Notes under the pieces: model-generated
What the model was told of the DNA's origin: nothing
Database searches by the model: none
The model's input: only the letters and a program-made list of their open reading frames with translations
Program-made: the position numbers and the translations under genes
NCBI GenBank assembly: GCA_047606605.1
Contig: JASGEG010000101.1
Span: forward strand, 2,217 to 66,216
Direction of reading: 5' to 3'
DNA length: 64,000 nt
DNA from: Rhizobium sp.
GTDB taxonomy: Bacteria > Pseudomonadota > Alphaproteobacteria > Rhizobiales > Rhizobiaceae
Shown: positions 51,478-62,111 of the stretch, piece by piece
Numbering within the stretch: the first letter of the stretch is position 1
How the letters are laid out: every line of letters starts with the position of its first letter

Positions 51478-53010
51478 CTATTCCGAGATGATCTTGACCC
51501 TGTCGCCGGGCGCGATCGAAGCGCCGGTCGGCAGCGCGTTGATCAGCTTGAACAGATCGAGCTTGCGGTCGGTGCCCATCATGCGGGCGGCGAGCGTCGT
51601 GATGGTGTCGCCCGCCTTGACGGTGACGACCCGCACGCGCAGCGGCTTCAGCGACGAGGCCTCGTCCGGCGTCATGTGCCGGAAGCTCGAGCGCAGCACA
51701 TTGGCGGCCTGCTCCAGCTGCGTGACATTGCCCTTCGGCACGGCGGTCAGGAAGCGGAAGATCTGCGAGCGGTCGCGCACGACGGTGACGTCGAAATCCC
51801 AGCGGTCGGCCGAGGCGCGCGCGGTGGCCGCTTCCATGCCGTTGACCGTGATCGCCCGGATCGAATTGGGATCGAGGCCGGTGACCCAGCCGCTGGAAAT
51901 ATAATTCGTGAGATTCTGGTTCTGGCTGTCGGCGACGCCGTCGAAGCGGATGGCGATATCGCCGGGGCCGGTCGCCATGACGGCTTCGACCTTGTTGTCG
52001 ATGCGGAAATCGGGCGGCACGTCGAAGCGGATGCCGAGGCCGCCATGCAGGAAGGTCTGGCCGCGCACATAGCCCTCTTCCGGGCTGTCGCCGTAAAGCA
52101 GGCCGTCGATGCCGTTCAGATAATAGTCGCGGCCGGTGTCGCCGACCTTGCCTTCCTCACCGAATTCGCGCGCATGACCTTTGGCAAGGTCGATGCGCTG
52201 CGGCGTGCTGGGATGGCTCGACAGGAAGTCCAGGCTCTGGTCGGCGTCGGAATTGGCCGTCATGAAGCGGCTGTAGTCTTCCATGGCATTGAGGAAGCGG
52301 GCGGCGGCATAGGGATCGTAGCCGGCCTGGCCGAGCGTGCGGATGCCGATCTCGTCGGCCTGCAGCTCCTGCTGGCGCGAGAAGGCGGCGAGCCGCAGCT
52401 TGCCGCGCGCGAGCGCCTGCTTGCCGGCAAGATCGCTGGACAAGACTTCCGCGACGACGCGGCTGGCGATGACCTCGGCCTCTTCACGCTTCTGCCGTTC
52501 GATGCCGTGATTGGCGGTGACGTGCGCCATCTCGTGCGACAGCACCGCGGCCACTTCCGAGGCGTCGTTGGCAAGCGCCAGCAGGCCGCGGGTGACGTAG
52601 AGATAGCCGCCCGGCAGCGCGAAGGCGTTGATCGACGGCGAATTGAGGATGGTGATGCGATAGGACTGCTGCGGATTTTCCGAGACGCTGGTCAACGCGC
52701 CGGCGATGCGGGCGACGAGGCGCTCGGTCTTGGCGTCCTTATATTCGCCGCCATAGCTCGCCAGGATGCGCGGATGCTCGCGGGCCCCCATCTGCGCGCG
52801 GGGATCGTTCTTCTGCACTTCGGAGACGATCTGCGGATTGGCCGAGGGCGACACGTTCGGCTGATAGGACTGGTCCATCACCGACTGGCAGCTGTTGAGC
52901 ATGGCCGCGGCCAGGAGGACGACGGCGAAGCGGCGCGCATGAGCGGCGGCAGTCGTGTGCATTCGTCCTGCTGCGTGCTTGCTCTGCTTCAGTTCCTGTG
53001 TCCCACTCAT
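51478..53010 (-). CDS. M48 metalloprotease lipoprotein with C-terminal LysM-like domain
   Basis: NAFALPGG, HEMAH, FSRQQELQAD, SSHP; VKAGDT LysM-like tail; start uncertain. Confidence 0.88.
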   Translation of the reverse strand: MSGTQELKQSKHAAGRMHTTAAAHARRFAVVLLAAAMLNSCQSVMDQSYQPNVSPSANPQIVSEVQKNDPRAQMGAREHPRILASYGGEYKDAKTERLVARIAGALTSVSENPQQSYRITILNSPSINAFALPGGYLYVTRGLLALANDASEVAAVLSHEMAHVTANHGIERQKREEAEVIASRVVAEVLSSDLAGKQALARGKLRLAAFSRQQELQADEIGIRTLGQAGYDPYAAARFLNAMEDYSRFMTANSDADQSLDFLSSHPSTPQRIDLAKGHAREFGEEGKVGDTGRDYYLNGIDGLLYGDSPEEGYVRGQTFLHGGLGIRFDVPPDFRIDNKVEAVMATGPGDIAIRFDGVADSQNQNLTNYISSGWVTGLDPNSIRAITVNGMEAATARASADRWDFDVTVVRDRSQIFRFLTAVPKGNVTQLEQAANVLRSSFRHMTPDEASSLKPLRVRVVTVKAGDTITTLAARMMGTDRKLDLFKLINALPTGASIAPGDRVKIISE

Positions 53011-53299
53011 TTCGCTGCCATATCGGCTGGACGCCAAATTCGCTTGATCATGCCAGACTTGCTTGAGCACGATCGGGCCGATCATCGCCGCGTTGTGTCA
53101 AAGGTTGCATCCATCGCGGTCAGACCTGGGTTCAACCGGATAGCCCCGCCCTTTGCTGTAGCCGATTTCGGCATCCGTTGCATAGCGAGACTCCGTTTAA
53201 TTGTGACTGCGTTGTATTTTAGCAAGCATTTCCCAGGACTTTCAGCCGGATGCGGCGACGAAATTATGGCAAAATCGCCGCGGGAATGCTGCATTGCAC

Positions 53300-54028
53300 T
53301 TAATGTTGCAAAAATGTGGTCAGCGCCGGGATGCCGTCCTGCGCCAGAAAGTCGCCGATCGGCGCCGAAAGCCGGATCGTGCCGCCTTCGATGAAGATCG
53401 CATGGTCGGCAAGGCGACGGACTTCGGCCGGATCGTGCGACACCAAGAGCACGGTATTGCCGGTCTCGCGGTGAAGTGCCGTCAGAAGTTCGGCCATGCC
53501 GGCGCGCAGGCCGGGGTCGAGCGCGGCGAAAGGTTCGTCCAGGAGTAGGATCGGCTTGTCGCGCACCAGCGCCCGGGCAAAGGCGGCGCGCTGCCGTTCA
53601 CCGCCGGACAGCGTGCCGGGTAAGCGCTTTTCGTAGCCGGCGAGGCCGACACGCGCCAGGGCCTGCGAAATCCTCTCGCGGTCGCGCGGCGACAGTCTCA
53701 GCGATGGATGGATGCCGAGCCCGATATTGGTGAAGAGGTCGAGATGGGCGAAGAGGTTGTTGTCCTGAAAGACCAGCGAGACCGGCCGCTCCGAGGGATG
53801 CCGGGCCGTGACGTCCTGCCCGGCGAGCAGGATGCGGCCGCGGTCGGGCGGCTCGAAGCCGGCGAGCAGGTTGAGGAAGGTCGACTTGCCGGAGCCGGAG
53901 GGGCCGGTGACCGCGATGATCCTGCCCGGCGGCAGGGCGCAGTCGAAGCGGAAATCATGGGTGCCGAGACGCAATTCGACGCCGCGCATCGCAATGCCCC
54001 CATCTGCAATCGCCCGCCCGTCAGTCAT
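53300..54028 (-). CDS. thiQ: Thiamine ABC transporter ATP-binding protein
   Basis: GPSGSGKS, FQDNNLFAHL, DEPFAALDP. Confidence 0.9.
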   Translation of the reverse strand: MTDGRAIADGGIAMRGVELRLGTHDFRFDCALPPGRIIAVTGPSGSGKSTFLNLLAGFEPPDRGRILLAGQDVTARHPSERPVSLVFQDNNLFAHLDLFTNIGLGIHPSLRLSPRDRERISQALARVGLAGYEKRLPGTLSGGERQRAAFARALVRDKPILLLDEPFAALDPGLRAGMAELLTALHRETGNTVLLVSHDPAEVRRLADHAIFIEGGTIRLSAPIGDFLAQDGIPALTTFLQH

Positions 54029-55661
54029 TCCGTCCGCTTTCGTTGTCGCGTAGTCCCTGGCCGGCCGTGCCGGCAATGGTCAGCAGAAGACATATCAGCC
54101 CGAGGATGAAAGCAAGCCCGTCGGCATCGTTGGTGCGGTAGCTGCCGAGCTTGCTGTAGAGCAGCCAGGGCAGGGTCATCAGGCTGTCGGAGCCGAAGAG
54201 GGCGACGGCGCCGAGATCGCCGAGCGACAGAGCCATGGCAAAGGAGAGTGCGGTGAAGAAAGGCTTGCGCAGGCCGGGCCAATCGATCAGCCGCAGCCGG
54301 GCAAGGCCGGTCAGCCCGAGGCTCGCCGCCAGCCGTTCCGTGCGGCGGCGATGGACGGCATAGGCCGGCTCGACGACGCGGATGACGAAGGGCAGCGCCA
54401 TCAGGGCATTGATGGCGACGATCAGGAGTGCCGCGAAACGGGCGGGATCGCCAAGGGGGCGCAGCGCCAGGAACCATCCGGTTGCCAATACGATCGGCGG
54501 CACCAGCAAAACCAGCGAGGAGGTGCCGCTGAGGCCGATCGCCAGACCGCGCAGGCCGGCGGCGCCTCGGCGCTCGGCAGCGATGACGGAGCGGGCGCGG
54601 ACAATGGCGAAGGAGGCGAGAACCGCAAGGAGACCGGCGGCAAGGGCGATGGCGAGGCTGGTGGCGGTTGCCTGCAGGAAGATCGGCTGGACGACGAGCC
54701 GGGCGAGATCGGCCTCCAGCCCGGTGACGACGACGGAGGCCAGCGGCAGGCCGATGAACAGGGTGGCGGCAAGCAGCAGCGCGGCGTCCGCCCAGCGGGC
54801 GAAGGAGAGGGAACCGTCGATGCGCCTGACAGCGCGGCCGCTGGTCAGCCCGTGATCGTCCGGCGCCGGCAGCAGCGCCATCAAGGCGAGCACCGCGGCT
54901 GTTATGACGATCTGCAGCAGCGACAGGACGACGGCCCGGCCGGGATCGAAGTCGAAGCGCAGGGCCTGGTAGATCGCCACCTCGATCGTGGTGGCGGCCG
55001 GGCCGCCGCCAAGGATCAGCACCAGCGTGAAGCTGGTGGCGCAGAGCATGAAGATCAGGCCGGCAATGCCGGGAATGAGGCCGCGCAGCACCGGCCACTC
55101 GATGAAGCGGAAGACCGAAGCCGGGCGCATGCCGAGGCCGCCGGCCATCAGCCAGTATTCCGCCGGCACGCGCTCAAGCCCGGCCAGCATCAGGCGGGTG
55201 GCCAGCGGCAGGTTGAAGAAGACGTGTGCGAGCAATATGCCCGTCAGCCCGTAGATGCTGACCGGCTGCGTCAGGCCAAGCCCGGTCAATAGCTGATTGA
55301 GGATGCCCTGGCGTCCCCAGATGCCGAGTAGGCCGAGCGCGCCGATCAGCACCGGCAGTCCCATGGGAACGGCCATCAGCCGGATCAGCCAGAGCCGGCC
55401 GGGAAAACGCGGCTGACGCGCCAGCGCGCGGGCGACCGGGATCGCCAGCGCCACGGACAGCAGCGTGGAAAGCGTCGCCTGCAGCAGGGTGAAGCGCAGC
55501 ACCCGCAGCAGATAGGGATCGGTCAGCGGATTGCCGCCGGAGGATTCGATGCCGGCGGTCAGCAGGGTGATGACGGCAAGGCCGATGAAAAGCGCGATGC
55601 CGGCGAGGCTGAACGCTCCGCCGGCAACGGCATGTCTTCTCTCGGATGCGGTCAGTATCAT
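54021..55661 (-). CDS. thiP: Thiamine ABC transporter permease
   Basis: AHVFFNLP, LSLGDLG, LGSYR. Confidence 0.9.
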   Translation of the reverse strand: MILTASERRHAVAGGAFSLAGIALFIGLAVITLLTAGIESSGGNPLTDPYLLRVLRFTLLQATLSTLLSVALAIPVARALARQPRFPGRLWLIRLMAVPMGLPVLIGALGLLGIWGRQGILNQLLTGLGLTQPVSIYGLTGILLAHVFFNLPLATRLMLAGLERVPAEYWLMAGGLGMRPASVFRFIEWPVLRGLIPGIAGLIFMLCATSFTLVLILGGGPAATTIEVAIYQALRFDFDPGRAVVLSLLQIVITAAVLALMALLPAPDDHGLTSGRAVRRIDGSLSFARWADAALLLAATLFIGLPLASVVVTGLEADLARLVVQPIFLQATATSLAIALAAGLLAVLASFAIVRARSVIAAERRGAAGLRGLAIGLSGTSSLVLLVPPIVLATGWFLALRPLGDPARFAALLIVAINALMALPFVIRVVEPAYAVHRRRTERLAASLGLTGLARLRLIDWPGLRKPFFTALSFAMALSLGDLGAVALFGSDSLMTLPWLLYSKLGSYRTNDADGLAFILGLICLLLTIAGTAGQGLRDNESGRND

Positions 55662-55668
55662 CCGGCCG

Positions 55669-56694
55669 TCAATTCGCGCTGGTGGCCGCCAGCCATTCGT
55701 CGATCCAGGCCTTGCGGTTCTTCTCGACTTCGTCGGGGCTCATGAGGAAGGTCTTGGTGGGAACGACCAGCTTGCCGAAAGCCTCCGGCAAAGGCTCGGA
55801 GGTGGCGGCGACCGGCATCATCCAGTTGTTGGTCGGGATCGTGTCCTGGAAGCCGGGCGAGATCATGAATTTCAGGAAGTCGCGGGCGAGATCCTTGTTG
55901 GCGGAGGATTTGATCAGGCCGGCCACCTCGATCTGGATGTAGTGGCCTTCCGAGAAGGCGGCGGCCTGGTAGCGGTCCGTCTTGTCGGCGATCATGTGAT
56001 AGGCAGGCGACGTCGTGTAGGAGAGCACCATCGGCGCCTCGCCCTTGGTGAAGAGGTCATAGGCTTCCGACCAGCCGGGCGTCACAGTGAGAATGCGGCC
56101 TTTCAGCTTCGTCCAGGCATCCGCCGCCTTGTCGCCATAGACCGACTTGACCCAGAGCAGCAGGCCGAGGCCCGGCGTCGAGGTGCGCGGGTCCTCGATG
56201 ACGATCTTCTGCTGCGGATCGCCCTCGACCAGATCCTTCAGGCTCTTCGGCGGGGTCTTGATCGCCTGGGTGTCGTAGACGACGGCGAAGTGGCCGTAAT
56301 CATAGGGCACGAAAACGTCGTCCTTGAAGTCGCCGGGGACCTTCAGCGCGGAGGTGTCGATGCCGCTCGCCTCGAACAGGCCGGTATCCTTGGCCTCGTC
56401 GACGAGATTGGTGTCGAGGCCGAGAACGATATCGGCCTTGGTGCCTGTGCCCTCCAGCTTCAGGCGGGAGAGCAGCGCCACGCCGTCGGTGACGCTGACA
56501 TAGTTGACGGTGCAGCCGCAGGTCTTCTCGAAGGCGGCCTTGACCTTGGGGCCGGGACCCCATTCGGCAGTGAAGCTCTCATAGGTGTAGATGGTGAGCG
56601 TCTTGTCGGCCGCTTCGGCATGGGCGGAAAAAAGCGCGGCACCGGCGGCGAAGGCCAGGCCGGTGAACAAGGACAGCAGTGATCGGTTGGGCAT
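55669..56694 (-). CDS. thiB: Thiamine ABC transporter substrate-binding protein
   Basis: [29 protein letters not shown]. Confidence 0.92.
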   Translation of the reverse strand: MPNRSLLSLFTGLAFAAGAALFSAHAEAADKTLTIYTYESFTAEWGPGPKVKAAFEKTCGCTVNYVSVTDGVALLSRLKLEGTGTKADIVLGLDTNLVDEAKDTGLFEASGIDTSALKVPGDFKDDVFVPYDYGHFAVVYDTQAIKTPPKSLKDLVEGDPQQKIVIEDPRTSTPGLGLLLWVKSVYGDKAADAWTKLKGRILTVTPGWSEAYDLFTKGEAPMVLSYTTSPAYHMIADKTDRYQAAAFSEGHYIQIEVAGLIKSSANKDLARDFLKFMISPGFQDTIPTNNWMMPVAATSEPLPEAFGKLVVPTKTFLMSPDEVEKNRKAWIDEWLAATSAN

Positions 56695-56751
56695 GGCAGA
56701 GCCTCCTCTTGGGTTTCGTCTTGAAGGGGAAAGGGCGCCATGATTTCGTCA

Positions 56752-56860
56752 CGCGTCTAATCCCTCCGCCGGTGTTAGCCGGATCAGGTTCCGCGGGTTG
56801 GCTGGTGAAGGCCTCTCAGCCAGATGTCTTTGAAAGACATAAGGCACCCCGTTAGAGCGT
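56752..56860 (-). ncRNA. TPP riboswitch
   Basis: Minus strand GGGGTGC...CTGAGA...ACCCGCGGAACCTGATCCGGCTAACACCGGCGGAGGGA upstream of thiB. Confidence 0.95.
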
Positions 56861-56932
56861 TGGCAGATTTAGCCCCGTGACGAAGGGATGACAAGGGGAA
56901 TGATTCCCCTGCCGATTGCAGCGATACCGGGC

Positions 56933-58468
56933 CTATTCGGCCGCCTGGGCGGCGGCATTGCTCTCGAGCTTCTTCGTCGCGCTGGGGAGCTGGACGTTCT
57001 TCAGCGAGATGGCGGTGACGAGACCGACAAGGCAGAAGGCGGCGGCGGTCAGGAACAGCGGGCTGAAGGCGCCGGCATAGGCGTTGGCGACGGCGTCGCG
57101 CGTGGCGTCCGGCAGGGCGGCCATCATCTTCGGCGTCAGCTCCTTGATGTCGGGAACGCCGGCGATGGAAAGGCCGGGACCACCGAGCTTGGCGGCGATG
57201 ATGGCGCCGTAGATGGAGATGGCGATCGAGGCGCCGCCCATGCGCGAGAGCGTCACGGCGCCGGTGGCCGCGCCGACGTCGCGGCTGCCGGCGGTATTCT
57301 GCACGCCGATGACCGGCACCTGCTGCGCAAGGCCGATGCCGATGCCGTGCAGCAGCATCAGGGCGCCGATGAAGACGATGGGCGTGCCGGCATGGACAAA
57401 GGCGAGCGTGGTGAAGGCAACGGTGCTGCAGGCGGCGCTGGCGATGGCGAAGGGCTTGTAGCGGCCCTTGGCCGCGATCAGCCGGCCGGCCGAAAGCGAG
57501 CCGCAGACGATGCCGCCGGTCAAAAGGATGAACAGCAGGCCGGCCATCGACGGCGACAGGCCCGTGGTCGTCTGCAGGAAGAGCGCGAAATAATTGACCA
57601 TGCCGATGGCGACCGTGCCGCTGGTGACCGAAATGATCAGCAGCAGGCTAAAGGTGGGATTGCGGAACAGCGTCATCGGCACGATCGGTTCCGGGGCGCG
57701 GCGTTCGACGAAAACCCAGGCGCAGGCGCAGAGCACGCCGAAAGTGATGATGCCGAGGCATTGCGGCGACAGCAGCGAACCGAAGAGTTCCGTGCCGTCG
57801 GCGGCCAGCACGATGCTGGTGGTGGTCATCGCCAGGAGCAGCGCGCCGGCATAATCGATCTTCGGCTTGCGGGCGGGCTTGCGATAGGGGAGCATGACGG
57901 CGAGGCCGGCCAGAACGACAAAGCCGATCGGCACGTTGACGAGGAAGATCGAACGCCAGCCGAAGAGATCGCTCATCGTGCCACCGAGCACCGGGCCGAT
58001 GGCGCCGGAGGCCATCAGCACCAGGCTGGAATAGCTCTGGTAGCGGGCGCGCTCGCGCGGCTCGAAGAGATCGGCGTTGACGGCGAAGATCGACACCAGA
58101 ATGCCGCCGCCGCCAAGGCCCTGCAGCACGCGGGCGGCGATCAGCGTGTTCATCGACACCGCAAGGCCGCAGACGGCCGAGCCGACGGTGAAAATGGCGA
58201 TGGCGGCCATCATCACATATTTGCGGCCGAAGAGATCGCCGAATTTGCCGTAGACCGGCATGGAGGCGGACAGCGCGAGCAGATAGGCCGAGCCGATCCA
58301 GCCGAAGCGCTCCAGATGCCCGAATTCGCCGACGATGGTCGGCAGCGCCGTCGAGACGATCTGGTTGTCGAGCGTCGCCATGAACATGGCGGTCATCAGG
58401 AAGAGAAACAGGATCAAGCGGCGGCGGTGATCCGCCACAAGCGGCGCGGGCGTGATGTGCATATCCAT
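56933..58468 (-). CDS. DHA2 (14-TM) MFS efflux transporter
   Basis: LDNQIVSTALPTI, GDLFGRK, WRSIFLVNVP. Confidence 0.9.
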   Translation of the reverse strand: MDMHITPAPLVADHRRRLILFLFLMTAMFMATLDNQIVSTALPTIVGEFGHLERFGWIGSAYLLALSASMPVYGKFGDLFGRKYVMMAAIAIFTVGSAVCGLAVSMNTLIAARVLQGLGGGGILVSIFAVNADLFEPRERARYQSYSSLVLMASGAIGPVLGGTMSDLFGWRSIFLVNVPIGFVVLAGLAVMLPYRKPARKPKIDYAGALLLAMTTTSIVLAADGTELFGSLLSPQCLGIITFGVLCACAWVFVERRAPEPIVPMTLFRNPTFSLLLIISVTSGTVAIGMVNYFALFLQTTTGLSPSMAGLLFILLTGGIVCGSLSAGRLIAAKGRYKPFAIASAACSTVAFTTLAFVHAGTPIVFIGALMLLHGIGIGLAQQVPVIGVQNTAGSRDVGAATGAVTLSRMGGASIAISIYGAIIAAKLGGPGLSIAGVPDIKELTPKMMAALPDATRDAVANAYAGAFSPLFLTAAAFCLVGLVTAISLKNVQLPSATKKLESNAAAQAAE

Positions 58469-58678
58469 GGGGCGAGAAATCCGAGCTTGCCCGGAACGCC
58501 ATACGTTCGGCCGAACGCATGGGAACGTGCCGGTTCATCAATCCGGAACAAGGCGTCTTCGGAGGGATTTTCGAAAGCGGAATGTCCCGAGGCAATATGT
58601 GCTATCAGCATATAATTGTCAACAGCAGATGGTTGCCGTTTGCATGTTTTAATTCCGGCCCGTCTCTGATATATTGAA

Positions 58679-59209
58679 ATGATGACATCAGCCACGAACA
58701 CACGGGAAATCGAGGCCCCGACGCTGCCCGAAGACGAGAATCTCCTGCGCATCGGCCAGGCGATGTCGCGCATGCGCGTGCTGACCGGCCGCCGCATGAT
58801 CGGCAGGCTCGCCATTCAGAATGTCGCCCCGGGGCTCGAGCTTTCGCATCTCGACGTGCTCGACGTGGTGAGGCGGGCGGAGGCCACCGGTGAGGTGACG
58901 GTCGGGACGATCGCGGACAATCTGCGGATCGATCCGTCGCGGGCGAGCCGCATCGTTGCCGACATGGTGACGCGCGGCGTTCTGCGCCGCAAGGCGTCAC
59001 AGGCGGATGCGCGGCGCATCGTCGTCGTGCTCACCGCGCTCGGGCAGCGGCTCCTGTCGGAGATCCAGGCGCAGAAATACGCCGTCATCGGCGGCATATT
59101 CGCCGATTGGACGCCCGAGGAGATCGAGCACTTCTCGCTGCTGTTCGACCGGTATGTGACGGGCTACGAGAATATTTTCCAGGCGAGCATCCGGGACGCG
59201 GGCGACTGA
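58679..59209 (+). CDS. MarR-family regulator
   Basis: wHTH with DARR motif; divergent from MFS. Confidence 0.85.
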   Translation: MMTSATNTREIEAPTLPEDENLLRIGQAMSRMRVLTGRRMIGRLAIQNVAPGLELSHLDVLDVVRRAEATGEVTVGTIADNLRIDPSRASRIVADMVTRGVLRRKASQADARRIVVVLTALGQRLLSEIQAQKYAVIGGIFADWTPEEIEHFSLLFDRYVTGYENIFQASIRDAGD

Positions 59210-59274
59210 ATGATGCCCGGGGGCTGAACGGCGCTCTTCCCTAGGGCCATGTCTTTGCGCTATGGGCTTGGCGC

Positions 59275-59928
59275 ATGAGCCGATCCACGACCTTCACCAT
59301 CCTTCTCGGCGGCGAGCTGCGCCTGACGGAGCGGCTGCGCTCTGCCGTCGCCGGCAGCCGTTTCATCGCGGCGGATGGCGGCATGCGCCATGCGGTAGCG
59401 CTGAACGTGACGCCCGAGCTCTGGGTCGGCGATTTCGATTCGACGCCGGCGGATCTGCGCGGCGCCTTTCCCGATGTGCCGAAGCAGCCCTATCCGGCCG
59501 CCAAGGCGGCGACCGACGGCGAGATCGCGGTCAGCGAAGCGATCGATCGCGGCGCCAAGCGGCTGATCCTTGCCGGTGCCATGGGCGGGGAGCGCTCGGA
59601 TCATGCCATCCAGCATCTGCTCTACGGTATCCGGCTGGCCGAAAAGGGCTTTGGCGTGCTGTTGACCTCGGGCGACGAGGAGGCCGTGCCCTTGCTGCCG
59701 GGCGACCTGGAGCTGGTGTTGCCGGCGGGATCGCTGTTTTCCGTTCTCGGATTCAGCGATCTGACCCGTCTGTTCATCGACAATGCCCGTTATCCCCTGC
59801 GCGATTTCCATCTGCCCTTCGGCGCATCGCGCACCATTTCCAATGTGGCGGAAGGCCCCTTGCGTCTTTCGCTCGGCAGCGGCAGGGCCATCGTCCTTGC
59901 CCGCCCCTATGATTTTACCGGAGTCTGA
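59275..59928 (+). CDS. thiN: Thiamine diphosphokinase
   Basis: AADGG, GDFDS, TDGE, GGERSDH. Confidence 0.9.
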   Translation: MSRSTTFTILLGGELRLTERLRSAVAGSRFIAADGGMRHAVALNVTPELWVGDFDSTPADLRGAFPDVPKQPYPAAKAATDGEIAVSEAIDRGAKRLILAGAMGGERSDHAIQHLLYGIRLAEKGFGVLLTSGDEEAVPLLPGDLELVLPAGSLFSVLGFSDLTRLFIDNARYPLRDFHLPFGASRTISNVAEGPLRLSLGSGRAIVLARPYDFTGV

Positions 59929-59930
59929 TC

Positions 59931-61763
59931 TTGGCCCCCCCCATCCTGAAACTCGACGATATCTTCCTGAGCTTCGGCGGCGCGCCGCTTCTGGCCGGCG
60001 CCGGGCTGCAGGTCGAGCCGGGCGACAAGATCTGCCTGGTCGGCCGCAACGGTTCCGGCAAATCGACGCTTTTGAAGATCGCGGCCGGCATGGTCGAGGC
60101 GCAGTCCGGCGAAGTCTTCCGTCATCCCTCATCGACCGTGCGCTATCTCGAGCAGGCCCCGGATTTCGCCGGCTACAAGACGGTGGCAGCCTATGCCGAG
60201 GCCGGGCTCGGACCGGGCGACGATCCTTATCGCGTCACCTATCTGCTGTCCCATCTCGGCCTCACCGGCGAGGAAGATCCGAAGAACCTCTCCGGCGGCG
60301 AGGCCCGACGCGCCGCCCTCGCGCGCGTTCTCGCGCCGGAGCCGGATATCCTGCTGCTGGACGAGCCGACGAACCATCTGGACCTGCCGACCATCGAATG
60401 GCTGGAAGGCGAGCTGCAGAAGAGCCGCAGCGCGCTGGTGCTGATCTCGCACGACCGCCGTTTCCTCGAAAAGGTCTCGACGGCGACCGTCTGGCTCGAC
60501 CGCGGCACCTCGCGCCGGCTGGACCGGGGCTTTGCCCATTTCGAGGCCTGGCGCGATCAGGTGCTGGAAGCCGAAGAGTTGGAGCAGCACAAGCTCGGCA
60601 AGGCGATCGAGCGCGAGGAACATTGGCTGCGCTATGGCGTGACCGCGCGGCGCAAGCGCAACATGCGCCGCCTCGGCGAGCTGCAGGACATGCGCGCCCG
60701 CCATCGCGGCCATAAGGGCGCTCTCGGCACGGTGCAGGCGGCAGCCGCCGACGCGCAGGAAAGCGGCAAGCTGGTGATTGAAGCGGACAAGATCACCAAG
60801 ACCTATAATGAGCGCCTCATCGTCGCGCCGTTCTCGATCCGCGTGCATCGCGGCGATTGCATCGGTCTCGTCGGCCCGAACGGCGCGGGAAAGACGACGC
60901 TGCTGAAGATGCTGACCGGCCAGCTGGCGCCCGACAGCGGCACGGTGAAGCTCGGCACCAATCTGGAGATCGCCACCCTCGACCAGAAGCGCGAGGAGCT
61001 CAATCCGGAGGATACGCTCGCCAATTATCTGACGGACGGCCGTGGCGAAAACCTGCTGGTCAACGGCGAGCAGCGGCATGTGACCGGCTATATGAAGGAA
61101 TTCCTGTTCCAGCCGGAACAGGCGCGCACGCCGATCAAGAACCTCTCCGGCGGCGAGCGGGCCCGGCTGATGCTGGCGCGCATCCTGTCGCGGCCGACCA
61201 ATCTGCTGATCCTCGACGAACCCACGAACGACCTCGACATCGAGACGCTCGATCTGCTGCAGGAAATCGTCGCCGGCTTTTCCGGCACGGTCATCCTCGT
61301 CAGCCACGACCGCGATTTCCTCGACCGCACCGTGACCTCGACCATCGCGCCCGCCAATCCGGAGGAGCCGGACGGCCGCTGGATCGAATATGCCGGCGGC
61401 TACTCCGACATGCTCGCCCAGCGCAAGGGCGCGATCGAGGAGCGCAAGCGGGCGGAGAAGGCGGCCGAGAAGCCGAAGGCCGCGGACACGACGGCTGCCC
61501 CTGGCGCCGAGCCTTCGAAGGGCAAGGGCAAGCTTTCCTACAAGCAGAAATTCGCGCTGGAGAACCTGCCGAAGGAGATGGCCAAGGCCGAAGCGGAAAT
61601 CGCCACCCGTGAACAGAAGATGGCCGATCCCAACCTCTTTACCAAGGACCCGGCAACCTTCAACCGGCTTGCGGCCGAAATGGAAAAGCTGCGCGACAGC
61701 CTGACCAGGATGGAAGAGGAATGGCTGGAACTGGAGATGCTGCGGGAAGAGCTGGAAGGCTGA
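59931..61763 (+). CDS. uup: ABC-F family ATPase (Uup-like)
   Basis: Two ABC domains, GVTARRKRN linker, LSYK C-terminal domain. Confidence 0.85.
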   Translation: MAPPILKLDDIFLSFGGAPLLAGAGLQVEPGDKICLVGRNGSGKSTLLKIAAGMVEAQSGEVFRHPSSTVRYLEQAPDFAGYKTVAAYAEAGLGPGDDPYRVTYLLSHLGLTGEEDPKNLSGGEARRAALARVLAPEPDILLLDEPTNHLDLPTIEWLEGELQKSRSALVLISHDRRFLEKVSTATVWLDRGTSRRLDRGFAHFEAWRDQVLEAEELEQHKLGKAIEREEHWLRYGVTARRKRNMRRLGELQDMRARHRGHKGALGTVQAAAADAQESGKLVIEADKITKTYNERLIVAPFSIRVHRGDCIGLVGPNGAGKTTLLKMLTGQLAPDSGTVKLGTNLEIATLDQKREELNPEDTLANYLTDGRGENLLVNGEQRHVTGYMKEFLFQPEQARTPIKNLSGGERARLMLARILSRPTNLLILDEPTNDLDIETLDLLQEIVAGFSGTVILVSHDRDFLDRTVTSTIAPANPEEPDGRWIEYAGGYSDMLAQRKGAIEERKRAEKAAEKPKAADTTAAPGAEPSKGKGKLSYKQKFALENLPKEMAKAEAEIATREQKMADPNLFTKDPATFNRLAAEMEKLRDSLTRMEEEWLELEMLREELEG

Positions 61764-62111
61764 GCGGCGGGCGCAGCCTCCGTTTCGCACCCTCGATCTT
61801 TGATCGCGGCCGCCGGCATAATTGCATGATCGACCTTCAATATTAGAGAAAACAAACAGTTGCGGCGAGCCGTATCGCGCTATTGCCTGTTGTCGAATTC
61901 GACAAAGGGTTTATACATTACGCATAAATTACCGGCCTCGTGCGGCCGGACGATCGATGGGCCGGCGCGGCCCGCGATGCATGGGGAAGCCTGAAGGAAC
62001 CTGCGGGGGTTTCGTGATGGGCGACAGATTCCCTACAGAGAATTGCAAGGCAGACATGATGAACAATTGACGCGACGGCTTCGATGCCGCCGGTTTACTT
62101 GGGGGGCCTTC

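Noticed and set aside
53300-59928. thiBPQ, TPP riboswitch and thiN cluster as a novel system
   Set aside because: Standard thiamine salvage arrangement, interrupted by an ordinary MarR/MFS pair.
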